This document shows, piece by piece, positions 9,330 through 17,663 of a stretch of 47,060 bases of DNA (its first letter is position 1; every line of letters begins with the position of its first letter). This DNA is from Actinomycetes bacterium (GTDB lineage: Bacteria; Actinomycetota; Actinomycetes; Actinomycetales; Cellulomonadaceae). A model generated the notes under the pieces. The model saw only the letters and a program-made list of their open reading frames with translations, was not told where the DNA came from and searched no databases. The stretch is from positions 1-47,060 of the forward strand of contig JAEZBT010000024.1 in NCBI GenBank assembly GCA_023426865.1, given 5' to 3'. The position numbers and the translations under genes are program-made.

Positions 9330-9348
9330 GGGCCGCTTAGCGGCCCTT
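9328..9348 (+). terminator. Hairpin directly after the rep stop codon
   Basis: AAGGGCCGC-tta-GCGGCCCTT; weak U tract. Confidence 0.6.
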
Positions 9349-9423
9349 CGCGTTTAGGGGCACTACTTGCCCGCCCCAAGCCTCTGGATTATTTCTAAAT
9401 TCTGCAGGCAAAAAGGGCTGCAA

Positions 9424-9470
9424 ATACAATCGGTTAGCCTCACTATCCACAGCCAGTCCCAGATGGGATT
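9424..9470 (+). promoter_or_regulatory. IHF-like site, DnaA box (1 mismatch) and TCCCA-N2-TGGGA palindrome (copy 2)
   Basis: ATACAA-TCGG-TTA (9424-9436), CTATCCACA (9443-9451), AGTCCCAGATGGGATT (9455-9470); same internal spacing as copy 1. Confidence 0.7.
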
Positions 9471-9842
9471 GGAGTTCGCACAGGTCCGCGGTGCTACCGC
9501 TGCACGGCACCCTCCTGACGCGTAACCTGCGGCGTGGAACCGGGGGCCAACGCATGGGCGAGGCTGCTCGCCGAGGCGTCGGCACGCCCGCCGGAGCCAT
9601 GCGGCGCTAAGGTGGCTCGGACAAGCGCAACCTGCGCGTCGATCTTGAGCTGCTGCACGGGCCGAACGGGCAGCGCAGAGGCTCGCCATGTTCACCGGCC
9701 CGCCAGGACCTACGTGAAAGCATCGAGTACCTGGGCGGGCTTGCAACCCAGCGTCGCAGAAGTGGCGGTACGGCTGAGATCTGCCGTCCAGGTAGAGCCG
9801 GCCGCCCCCAAACAAAACGGTGCGCTTGCCGGTGAACAGGGT

Positions 9843-10007
9843 GGTGCCGAAATTATCGAACCTTTCCCAGTCGCTGCCATTCACCCATGCCGGGGGGCGC
9901 CGAAATTATCGAACGCCGTTAAACGGAGGGTGTGCAACGCGGTGCCGAAATTATCGAACGTTGACGGGAACAGGGCTGGGCGGAGGAGGGTGCCGAACTT
10001 GTCGAAC
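9843..10007 (+). repeat. Four dispersed iterons, inverted relative to the origin array
   Basis: GCCGAAATTATCGAAC at 9846, 9899 and 9944, and GCCGAACTTGTCGAAC at 9992; periods 53, 45 and 48 bp. Confidence 0.9.
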
Positions 10008-10146
10008 CTCGTCGTTTCACACGCCCAGAAGGCCAGGCTAGAGCCCTACATGTTGCCGCCAGCGACTGATAAACCACGAGATCTGCTCGGCAGGAAGGGC
10101 TTGTAGAGCCGGTTCCGGCGTTCGCCAGTCCGCCACCAGGAGGGCC

Positions 10147-10338
10147 GTTCGATAATTTCGCCCCCAGTTCTAAAGCCGCTCCTTGGTGCGAGGTTCGATA
10201 GATCCGCCGCCGCAGAAGGGGGCTCCGGCGACCGGTTCGATAGTTCCACCCCCCCCGTTCGATGATTTCACCGCCGACCTTCGATGCTTTCGTCCCCCAG
10301 GTTCGATAGTTTCATCGCCGTGGTTCGATAATTTCGCC
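10147..10338 (+). repeat. Origin iterons: two isolated copies plus five phased copies at a 22-bp period
   Basis: GTTCGATARTTTCRCC-like units at 10147 and 10193, then at 10235, 10257, 10279, 10301 and 10323. Confidence 0.92.
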
Positions 10339-10395
10339 GCCGGGCTAGCGAGGGAACCCAAGTGTAGGAAGGGCTGATCCGGGGTCCGGCTGCCC

Positions 10396-10445
10396 GCTAA
10401 CCGCTTTATAACCGCCTTGCTAACTGATCAATAACCGCTTCTTAC
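10396..10445 (+). repeat. Putative DNA unwinding element with four 11-12 bp repeats
   Basis: TAACCGC at 10398, 10409 and 10432 and TAACTGA at 10421, in a locally AT-richer tract just beyond the phased iterons. Confidence 0.65.
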
Positions 10446-10499
10446 GCTGCGCGTTTGATAGGAGGAAGGACCAAGCAAAGGGCAACCGCTCGGTCCCTT

Positions 10500-10559
10500 C
10501 AACCCAGCCGGCATGGACCTCAGTTGCTGGTGAGGGGGAGGGGTGCCAGAGTCCATAAT
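10500..10559 (+). promoter_or_regulatory. Regulon box with -10 CATAAT
   Basis: CAACC-N17-AGTTG (10500-10526), -10 at 10554-10559. Confidence 0.75.
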
Positions 10560-10586
10560 CGACCGGACTTCCGCGACCGCATCCCG

Positions 10587-11030
10587 ATGGAATGGCTTGC
10601 CCCTAACCCGTCAGCCCCCCCACGCCTCCTTACTCCAGGCGTTCATGTCCGAGCATTTCTATGGGTGGCGATCGTGCTCGGGCTTCCAGTGCTGATCCTG
10701 CAGGTTGGCCGCGGTCCCACGACCCACTGTATCTCCATCCCCCTTGCCATCGCCTGTGCCTACGCGCTGATGGCCGTCCATAGGCTGCACTCGGCCACGC
10801 TCACTCGCAGTAGCTGGTTCCATCTGCTACGCCGCTCGTTCTTGGTCGGCACCATCCTAAGCACGGCCGCGATAGGCATCTTCAGTTGGGCAGGCCCAGG
10901 CATGTCCGACATGGGCCGCCTCGCTGCCAGTGCGTTGTCCAACAGCGTGCTGTCCGTCCCTGCTGTGATGTGGGCGCTGCTGGCCAGAGCCTATTACGAA
11001 GCACGAGAGACAGCGGCTATGGTGGCGTAA
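10587..11030 (+). CDS. Hypothetical integral membrane protein
   Basis: About four hydrophobic segments. Start placed at ATG 10587, downstream of the promoter box. Confidence 0.6.
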   Translation: MEWLAPNPSAPPRLLTPGVHVRAFLWVAIVLGLPVLILQVGRGPTTHCISIPLAIACAYALMAVHRLHSATLTRSSWFHLLRRSFLVGTILSTAAIGIFSWAGPGMSDMGRLAASALSNSVLSVPAVMWALLARAYYEARETAAMVA

Positions 11031-11091
11031 GGGACCGGTCCCCAATGAGTCGATAACTTTGTTCCGGCGTTCGGCGTGATTGGCTCATGCC

Positions 11092-11499
11092 ATGACCACG
11101 ACTACCAAGAGCCTCTACCTCAGCCCCATCGCCTGGCGCCGGTTCATCGCCACAGGGTCGGTGGACCTTCCCGTGATCTGGCCATGGCAGAGCATGGGTC
11201 AATGTCCATGGCACGCCCGCGTCGTAGAGCCCGGCGGGGGCAGCGGAGCCAAGATCCTGGATGGTCATGGCCAGCACCTGTTCGAGCTGCCGACGCCGGT
11301 CGCTAGGGGGCCCGTCGCCCTGGGGAGGCAGATCCCCCGATCGCCACGCTCTAGAGCAGGGGTCATCGAAGGTATCGCGGTCGTCGAGCGCATCAGCATC
11401 GAATGCGTCGAGTCTCAGCAGGACGACGGGCCCATTCCTCTGACTCCCGCCCGCTACATTTGGCACATCGAGTTGCGCGATTACGAGCGGCTGCCATAG
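11092..11499 (+). CDS. Hypothetical protein (possibly ASCH/PUA-like)
   Basis: Globular-looking ORF; VIEGIAVVERI...YIWHIELRDYERL loosely recalls ASCH C-termini. Confidence 0.5.
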   Translation: MTTTTKSLYLSPIAWRRFIATGSVDLPVIWPWQSMGQCPWHARVVEPGGGSGAKILDGHGQHLFELPTPVARGPVALGRQIPRSPRSRAGVIEGIAVVERISIECVESQQDDGPIPLTPARYIWHIELRDYERLP

Positions 11500-11504
11500 C
11501 AGAC

Positions 11505-11520
11505 TGTTCCCCGGGGAACA
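11505..11520. promoter_or_regulatory. parS-like perfect 16-bp palindrome (copy 1)
   Basis: TGTTCCCCGGGGAACA. Confidence 0.8.
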
Positions 11521-11586
11521 AAACGGGCAGCGTACCCCCCACGATCGGACCCGAAGGGCTTCACGCTTCCCGTTCCCCTTGATTTC

Positions 11587-11602
11587 TGTTCCCCGGGGAA
11601 CA
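11587..11602. promoter_or_regulatory. parS-like perfect 16-bp palindrome (copy 2)
   Basis: TGTTCCCCGGGGAACA, ending 2 nt before the ATG at 11605. Confidence 0.8.
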
Positions 11603-11604
11603 CA

Positions 11605-12114
11605 ATGCAACACATGGAGCAGCCTGATACCCCGTCCGACCTGTCCGTAGTCCTCGCCTTGCGCGAGGGCGGACTGCGGCAGCGCGCCGTAGGGCAACAG
11701 CTACAACTCAGCCGGGCTCGAGCGGCAAACCTGGAGCGTGTCGCCAAGGCGCTCCGCCGCAATCCAACCTGGGCGACCTGGGTCGCCGCGGGCAAGCTGA
11801 GTCGGAAGCACATTGAGGCGGTGGCCAGCCTGCCAGCAGACGCGGCCGACAGGCTGCTGCGCGAAGCGATTGCAGGCGGCTGGCGAGCAGAGCTCCTCCG
11901 AAAGCAGGTGCGTGTGGCTCGCGGCCACCGCGATGAGGACCAAGCGCACCCGGATCCAAACGTGGCACACCTCGAGAACCGGCTCAGCGAGCTTCTGGGC
12001 ACGAAGGTGGTGCTCAAGACCAGGCCGCAGGGCGGGGGAGAGCTGATCCTCCGCTACACCGATTACGAGACCCTTGACGGCCTCCTGGAGCGACTGGGGT
12101 ACCGGGAGGGCTGA
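11605..12114 (+). CDS. Truncated chromosomal-type ParB (HTH and C-terminal dimerisation domain, no CTPase domain)
   Basis: HTH LRQRAVGQQLQLSRARAANLER, GKLSRKHIEAV, and C-terminus DPNVAHLENRLSELLGTKVVLK...GGELILRYTDYETLDGLLERLG typical of Spo0J. No GxRR box. Confidence 0.8.
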   Translation: MQHMEQPDTPSDLSVVLALREGGLRQRAVGQQLQLSRARAANLERVAKALRRNPTWATWVAAGKLSRKHIEAVASLPADAADRLLREAIAGGWRAELLRKQVRVARGHRDEDQAHPDPNVAHLENRLSELLGTKVVLKTRPQGGGELILRYTDYETLDGLLERLGYREG

Positions 12115-12120
12115 GGCAGC

Positions 12121-12180
12121 CAACTGCCGGGTAACTCGGCCGGGTTGCGACGGCACAGCACCGCGCGGCCTTCCTACCAT
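12121..12180 (+). promoter_or_regulatory. Regulon box with -10 TACCAT
   Basis: CAACT-N17-GGTTG (12121-12147), -10 at 12175-12180. Confidence 0.75.
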
Positions 12181-12184
12181 CTGG

Positions 12185-13324
12185 GTGACCCACCTCAGGT
12201 TGCAGCCCATCGTTACCGGACACCCCTTGGCGTCGAGTCCGCCCAGCACTATCGGGGACGTCGACAGGATCATCGACCTCTACTACTACGAGTCGGTACC
12301 GGCAGCGCATCCCTCATTGAAGGCCGGGGGCGCCGGGTCCTACTGCTATTACGGTCCCCCAGAATGTGTGCGCCTGGCAGGGACAGAGTTGGAGGGGTGG
12401 GTCACCGGGCTCATGGAGCACGTGGCCGCCAAGCAAAGGTCCGGAGAGGACTTCCGCATCCAGTACGACGGCCGCTACTGGCGTGCTTGCCGTGACGTTT
12501 CGGACGCCGGCACGCAAGTCAGCGTTAGGCGGCTGCCCGATGACTGTCCGCACCTCGACGGTCTGTCCTTCGAGGCCCCGGTGGTCCGCGACATCCTGAT
12601 GGGGGAGTGGCTGAACGATGGCGGCCTGATCCTGTTCTCGGGACTGACCGGTCAGGGCAAGACGACTACTGCAGCGGCAACCGTCCGCTCACGCCTGGAA
12701 GCAATGGGGGGGCGGGCCGTGTGCGTAGCTGACGTCAATGAAATCGCTGCCTTGGAGGGCGTTTGGGACAAAGGGTCCTGCCGCCAGCTCAACGTCGACT
12801 ACCAAACGGACGACCCAGCGCGGCGTGGCTTCATCGGCGCAATCCGGCGTGCGTACAGGAGCATGCCCGCTACGCGACCAGGGCTGCTCCTTGTTGGTGA
12901 GGTCCGCGACGCTGAAACGGCGTCGGAGGTCCTTAAGGCATCCTCGAACGGGATGCTCTGCATAACGACAATACACGCCTTCGACCCGATCTCGGCGCTT
13001 CTCAGACTCGCGTCCTTGGCCGAGCAACAGATGGGTGATACCGCAAACCTCGCCTTGAGCCAAGCGCTCAGAGTGGTGGTACACCAAACCCTCACCCTCG
13101 CGCCCGACGTAGCCGGGTGGAGCCGGGGCCATTTCAGCCAGGCATTGCTGGTAAGCGACGGGCCGCAGCACGCACTTGCGAACCTCATTAGGAAGTCAGC
13201 ATACCCGCACATGGCGGCGATAGCGGACACCCAGCGGATCCGCATCGAGCAGGCCAGCCGTCGGGCGACCCCGGTCGATCACTTGATGCGGATGTTGGGC
13301 TCGGGTGGCGACGGAATGGGTTAA
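12185..13324 (+). CDS. PilT/DotB-like secretion ATPase (paralog 1)
   Basis: Walker A GLTGQGKTT, Walker B LLVGEVRD, His box TTIHA; Asp box altered (CVADVNE). Start uncertain. Confidence 0.8.
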   Translation: MTHLRLQPIVTGHPLASSPPSTIGDVDRIIDLYYYESVPAAHPSLKAGGAGSYCYYGPPECVRLAGTELEGWVTGLMEHVAAKQRSGEDFRIQYDGRYWRACRDVSDAGTQVSVRRLPDDCPHLDGLSFEAPVVRDILMGEWLNDGGLILFSGLTGQGKTTTAAATVRSRLEAMGGRAVCVADVNEIAALEGVWDKGSCRQLNVDYQTDDPARRGFIGAIRRAYRSMPATRPGLLLVGEVRDAETASEVLKASSNGMLCITTIHAFDPISALLRLASLAEQQMGDTANLALSQALRVVVHQTLTLAPDVAGWSRGHFSQALLVSDGPQHALANLIRKSAYPHMAAIADTQRIRIEQASRRATPVDHLMRMLGSGGDGMG

Positions 13325-13381
13325 CCCCGGGCGCACAGGCTGGGGTTGGCCAACCGGTCGCCTGGGAGGGCAGGGCACCAT
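13322..13381 (+). promoter_or_regulatory. Regulon box with -10 CACCAT
   Basis: TAACC-N17-GGTTG (13322-13348), -10 at 13376-13381, ATG at 13388. Confidence 0.7.
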
Positions 13382-13387
13382 GGCGAC

Positions 13388-13936
13388 ATGGATACCTCCG
13401 ACAAGGCAAACCAGGACCTGGGCACGGCCGCACAGGCCGCCTTCATCGAACAGCTTGCCGGAGCCCTCGGCTTTGCTGACGTCGCTGCTGCGCTGACCAG
13501 CTTGGGTATGGCTGCTCCATTAACGGTGAAAGAAGCGAGCCAGGCGATCGACAGGCTCAAGGCGAAGCTCCCGGCTCAGGAGGAGCATGGCCGCCGGAAG
13601 TTCCTGACGGCACGTCATCTGCTTCTCATCGACCGCGGCGAGATGAGCGCGCCAGATGATCTCGACACCGACGCAGCCACGGTCCTGCAGCGGCTGGCGA
13701 AGCTGAGGGAGGTCGAGCGTGTCCTCCAAATGCCCGCCCAGTGGGGTGGCGCCAACCGCGGCGGCCCTATCCTGGTTGAGCATCTTGTGCAGCACTTTGG
13801 CAGCCTGGAATCTGTGGCTGCCGCCTTCGGGGTGAGCCTGAGCACGGTCAAGGGCTGGGGTGCGGTCCTGCCCGAGCAGAAGAGCTACGAGGCGGAGGTA
13901 AAGACGCGAGGTTGGGTATGCGCCGCGCGCTCCTGA
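13388..13936 (+). CDS. Protein with a C-terminal Cro/YdaS-like HTH
   Basis: LVQHFGSLESVAAAFGVSLSTVKGWGAVLPEQKSYEAEVKTRG fits the Cro-like HTH pattern. Confidence 0.7.
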   Translation: MDTSDKANQDLGTAAQAAFIEQLAGALGFADVAAALTSLGMAAPLTVKEASQAIDRLKAKLPAQEEHGRRKFLTARHLLLIDRGEMSAPDDLDTDAATVLQRLAKLREVERVLQMPAQWGGANRGGPILVEHLVQHFGSLESVAAAFGVSLSTVKGWGAVLPEQKSYEAEVKTRGWVCAARS

Positions 13937-14619
13937 CGGCCCTCCTCGCGGCGCCGACTGCAGCGTTGGCGGGCACGATCGTCGTGGACACGGGCCACAG
14001 TCCGCGGTCAACGGGGTCAGTGGCGTCCGACGGCACTCCTGAGTTCCTGATCAATCGTGGCTTCACCGAGGTGCTCGTAGCCGAGTTGAGGAAGCTGGGG
14101 CACAAGGTCATCGACACCCATGCCCTGGACCGGGATCGCACGTTGTACGACCGTGTGCGGCCAACAGTCGGTGCAGACCTCCTCATCTCCGTCCACCACG
14201 ATCCCGTGCAGCCGTTCCTGGTCGAGGAAGGACTGGCAGAGGAACTGTCCGGCTATTCGCTTTTTGTCTCCACAAAGAACAAGAAGCTGCACGCGTCCCT
14301 ACGCTGCGCGGTGCACGCCGGCGAGGCCATGAACCGTGTTGGCGAGGCACCGTCGCGCCATCACGCAGCAGACGTGCCGGGGGAACGCCGCCCGCTTCTG
14401 GATGACCGCCGCGGAATCTACCGTCACGACGACCTGGACATCCTCAAAGCCGCTTCGAGCGCAGCTCTCCAGCTTGAGCCGGGAGTGGTCGCCAATCCCT
14501 ACGAGATCGGGAAGCTAACGGACCGCTCGTGGCAGGCGCGGGTTGCCGTAGAGGTCGCGGCCGAGATCACCAAGTGCGTGCAGCCCGCCACGCAGGCTGC
14601 AAAGGAGCCAAACCGCTAA
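13918..14619 (+). CDS. N-acetylmuramoyl-L-alanine amidase (Amidase_3)
   Basis: Signal peptide; Zn/catalytic motifs IVVDTGH, PEF, ISVHHD and LQLEPG. Confidence 0.88.
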   Translation: MRRALLTALLAAPTAALAGTIVVDTGHSPRSTGSVASDGTPEFLINRGFTEVLVAELRKLGHKVIDTHALDRDRTLYDRVRPTVGADLLISVHHDPVQPFLVEEGLAEELSGYSLFVSTKNKKLHASLRCAVHAGEAMNRVGEAPSRHHAADVPGERRPLLDDRRGIYRHDDLDILKAASSAALQLEPGVVANPYEIGKLTDRSWQARVAVEVAAEITKCVQPATQAAKEPNR

Positions 14620-14679
14620 CTTTCGTAGAGGGCCGCGGGTGCTATCGGATAGGTACCGTCTCACGCACTGAGAAAGCCA

Positions 14680-15249
14680 ATGGAGCTGTCACCGATCTCC
14701 GTTGCACTGCTGCTTGCCGCAGGCAGCATGGCAATCGTTGTCCACCGTCTCGCATCGGCGCATAAGGCTGCATCGCGCTCCGAAACGGATGCGTATGAGA
14801 ACAGCGAGCGGGCGCGCATGCCGCGTGAGGTTGCTCAGGGCAAACTCGTCATCAGCGAGAAGACCTTCTACTTCCGCGGCCGACGCCCCTTTGCGGCGAA
14901 GACGGATCAGGGGTTTCTCACCCGGGAAGGCTGGTTGGTCCTGGTGGAGTCGAAGACCAGGTACGGACTCTCGCCTTCAGACATCGTCCAGATCAGCGCC
15001 CAGGCGCTGGCCGTCGCGCAATCCGGCAAGTGGCGCGTTGCGCCGTGGGCATACGTGCGACTCGCGCCCCTGGGAGCCAAGCCGTACTACCAACATGTGA
15101 ACCTGCTTCCTGAGGAGCGAATCATGCAGCTGTGGGATCGGTGGCGATCCCTGCATGAGGGCACCGCCGGCCCGGTAACGCGACCCCACGTCCGCACCTG
15201 CCGATCGTGTGCGCTCAAGGCGCGGTGTGGAGTTGCGATCCGCCAGTAG
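14680..15249 (+). CDS. PD-(D/E)XK nuclease, Cas4-like, with an N-terminal hydrophobic anchor
   Basis: AKTDQGF...LVLVESKTR, QISAQAL and C-terminal CRSCALKARC. Confidence 0.7.
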   Translation: MELSPISVALLLAAGSMAIVVHRLASAHKAASRSETDAYENSERARMPREVAQGKLVISEKTFYFRGRRPFAAKTDQGFLTREGWLVLVESKTRYGLSPSDIVQISAQALAVAQSGKWRVAPWAYVRLAPLGAKPYYQHVNLLPEERIMQLWDRWRSLHEGTAGPVTRPHVRTCRSCALKARCGVAIRQ

Positions 15250-15347
15250 GCGAGGGCAGCCGGGTCGGCATAAGGGCCAAGCGGACTGGCTGCTCGCTCG
15301 CAACGACGCGCACAAGATCAGGTGCGTCCCGCGCTTCCTGAGATCCC

Positions 15348-15407
15348 TAACCCCCCCTCAATCAGGCCTAGTTATCCGCCGGTCTGAAGGGCGGCGACAC
15401 CTAAGCT
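15348..15407 (+). promoter_or_regulatory. Regulon box with -10 TAAGCT (pil operon promoter)
   Basis: TAACC-N17-AGTTA (15348-15374), -10 at 15402-15407. Confidence 0.78.
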
Positions 15408-15456
15408 GACTCCGCCCAATTCCGGGTTCTCAGCCCGGTGGATCATGGAGAAAGCG

Positions 15457-15978
15457 ATGAATCGAAAGCTCGCGCCGCTGGTGGTTGCACTGCTGGGCAC
15501 CATCACCGGTACGGCCTCCGCGCAGCCCGGCTTGCGCCCGATGGACCCGGGCGCCCTCGGTTTGGGCGGCGCAGCTGCGAAGGCCGAACCGGCACCTGCT
15601 GCCGCGCCTGGCGCAGCCGCCAGGCAGGGGCCGATGAAGCCCCTGAAGCCAATCGACCTGACCACAAGTGTCCATTCGCTCGGCGCGTCCTCCGCCCAGA
15701 CCTCGGGGCTTTCCAGCGCCCTTCAGCCCGGCCAGAACCTCTCGGAAGCGCTCGAGCGCTATGTCCGTGAGCGCGGGTGGTCGCTGCGCTGGAACATCGG
15801 CGAGGACTACGTCCTTGACGCATCTCTCCCGATCCCGTCGACCGACCTGATCGAGAGCGTTACCTGGGTGGTGAACACCTACCAGTCGCAGGGCGGAATG
15901 CTCGGTGTTGTCCCGCGCTTCGCGCGCAGCAACCGGGTCGTCGTGATCGAAAAGATGGACGTGCGGGATAACCACTGA
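15457..15978 (+). CDS. TcpQ-domain type IVb pilus accessory protein (PilL-like)
   Basis: GGAG RBS, signal peptide, GQNLSEALERYVRERGWSLRWNIGEDYVLDASL; first gene of the pil operon. Confidence 0.7.
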   Translation: MNRKLAPLVVALLGTITGTASAQPGLRPMDPGALGLGGAAAKAEPAPAAAPGAAARQGPMKPLKPIDLTTSVHSLGASSAQTSGLSSALQPGQNLSEALERYVRERGWSLRWNIGEDYVLDASLPIPSTDLIESVTWVVNTYQSQGGMLGVVPRFARSNRVVVIEKMDVRDNH

Positions 15979-17654
15979 TGACCCATACCAACGGCAAGAT
16001 TGCGCTGGCCCTCGCGGCCGTCGTCTGTATCGCAGGTTGCTCCTCGATGCGTGAAGTGCGCACCGAAGCAGAGCAGGCCCATCAGTCCGCTACGAATGCC
16101 GCCCAGTCCTTGATGGACAGGCGCGTGGCATCGGTAGGCCAGCCTGTGCGCGGGCCGGTGGTCACCGACATCCCCTTCGTCAACGTCAAGCCGATCCCGA
16201 AGGCCCCTTCGCTGCCGGTCACCTTCAACCGTGTCGTTACCTTCGCCGAGCCGGTGGGCCTGCCCATGGACGCGCTGGCCCAGCGTCTGAGCGAAGTCAT
16301 CGGAATGCGAGTGACTTATCAGCACGACTTGGTACGTGCCGGTGGTGAGGATCAGACGGCGGGCGCGCAGGCCGCGCCGGCATTCCCCAACCTTCCGTCC
16401 CTTCCGGGCAGCGCCAGCGCCACTACCCGTCCAGGCCGGGACATGAGTGTGGCCGTCAACTACCCATCCGGCTCAGTGACCGGTCTTCTGGACGCTGTGG
16501 CCACCAGCGCGAAGGCTTCGTGGGAGTACGACGATCAGTCGAACACCGTCCACTTCTACAAGTTCAAGACCGAGCTCTTCCGGATCGCCATGGTGCAGGG
16601 CGCGGCGAAAAGCAGCACCCAGATGGGTGGCAAAAGCAGCTCGTCCTCTTCGGGTGGCTCCGGTGGCGAGACGCTTGAAACCGCCCAGGCGGAAGCGACC
16701 TTCGCCACGAGCGCCTCGCTGTGGGACGGGATCGAGGATGGCGTGAAGAAGCTGCTTTCCCCTGAGGGCGTGTTCTCCATCAGCGAGGTCGGCGGAACGA
16801 TCCTGGTCCGCGACGTGCCGCAGCGCATGCAGCTGGTCGAGAAGTTCATCAACGACACCAACGCCGCACTGAGCCGGCAGGTGGACGTAGCCGTCACCGT
16901 GTACCGGGTGATGGCCCGCAAGAGCGACATCCGCAGCGTCAACTGGGATCTCCTGTTCCAGAGCCTGATCGACACCTCCGCTTACGACGTTCAGTGGCTC
17001 ACCCCGCGCGCCGACACGGCGTCGGATGGCCTGGCCTCCCTGATTATCGGGACGAAGGAGACCGACCAGAACGGCGTGCCTCACCGCTATGGCGGAACAC
17101 AGGCCTTCCTCGACTCGCTCAGTCGGTTTGGCGACACCTCAGTGGTCACGAATACGTCGGTTGTCACGGTCAACAACCACCCGGCACCGGTGAAGGTCGT
17201 GCGCCGCCACACCTACCTGGCGGAGGTTACCCCGACCTTCGTTGGTACCAGTGGCAGCGCGGTGGCTGGTGGCGCCGCACTGACCCCGGGCACCGTGGAA
17301 ACGGGCCTGAACCTGTTCCTCCTGCCGCACGTGCAGGACGACGGCAAGCGTCTGCTGCTCAACGTCATGGTCAGCCTGAGCACCTTGGAGCAGATGGACA
17401 CATACACCTCTGCGGGCTCGTCCATCCAGCAGCCGCAGGTGGCGAGCCGAGAGTTCCAGCAGATGGCATGGCTCAACTCGGGCGAGACCCTGGTGCTGGC
17501 TGGCTTCGAGCAGGTCGATGCCGGACTCGACTCGAGTGGCCAGGTCGATCGCAAGGTCTGGTGGCTAGGCGGCCGTCGTGACGCCACCAAGGAAAAGGAA
17601 ATGGTCGTGGTCGCTATCCGGCCGGTCGTTACCGCCGCACGCAGCCGCATCTAA
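15978..17654 (+). CDS. pilN: Type IVb pilus lipoprotein secretin (PilN/BfpB family)
   Basis: Lipobox IAGC, Ser/Gly-rich loop, secretin domain (TVNNHPAPV, LTPGTVETG, LNSGETLVLAGFEQ). Confidence 0.9.
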   Translation: MTHTNGKIALALAAVVCIAGCSSMREVRTEAEQAHQSATNAAQSLMDRRVASVGQPVRGPVVTDIPFVNVKPIPKAPSLPVTFNRVVTFAEPVGLPMDALAQRLSEVIGMRVTYQHDLVRAGGEDQTAGAQAAPAFPNLPSLPGSASATTRPGRDMSVAVNYPSGSVTGLLDAVATSAKASWEYDDQSNTVHFYKFKTELFRIAMVQGAAKSSTQMGGKSSSSSSGGSGGETLETAQAEATFATSASLWDGIEDGVKKLLSPEGVFSISEVGGTILVRDVPQRMQLVEKFINDTNAALSRQVDVAVTVYRVMARKSDIRSVNWDLLFQSLIDTSAYDVQWLTPRADTASDGLASLIIGTKETDQNGVPHRYGGTQAFLDSLSRFGDTSVVTNTSVVTVNNHPAPVKVVRRHTYLAEVTPTFVGTSGSAVAGGAALTPGTVETGLNLFLLPHVQDDGKRLLLNVMVSLSTLEQMDTYTSAGSSIQQPQVASREFQQMAWLNSGETLVLAGFEQVDAGLDSSGQVDRKVWWLGGRRDATKEKEMVVVAIRPVVTAARSRI

Positions 17655-17663
17655 GGAGCCCCT

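Noticed and set aside
9843..10007. Mini CRISPR-like array (repeats with unique 26-37 bp spacers; a Cas4-like gene about 5 kb away)
   Set aside because: The repeats are only 16-19 bp, are irregularly spaced and are the reverse complement of the phased origin iterons. No cas1, cas2 or leader is present.
9534..10377. ORFs across the origin containing repeated PKLSN/EIIE peptides
   Set aside because: These are translation artefacts of the iterons, with no RBS and no protein-like composition.
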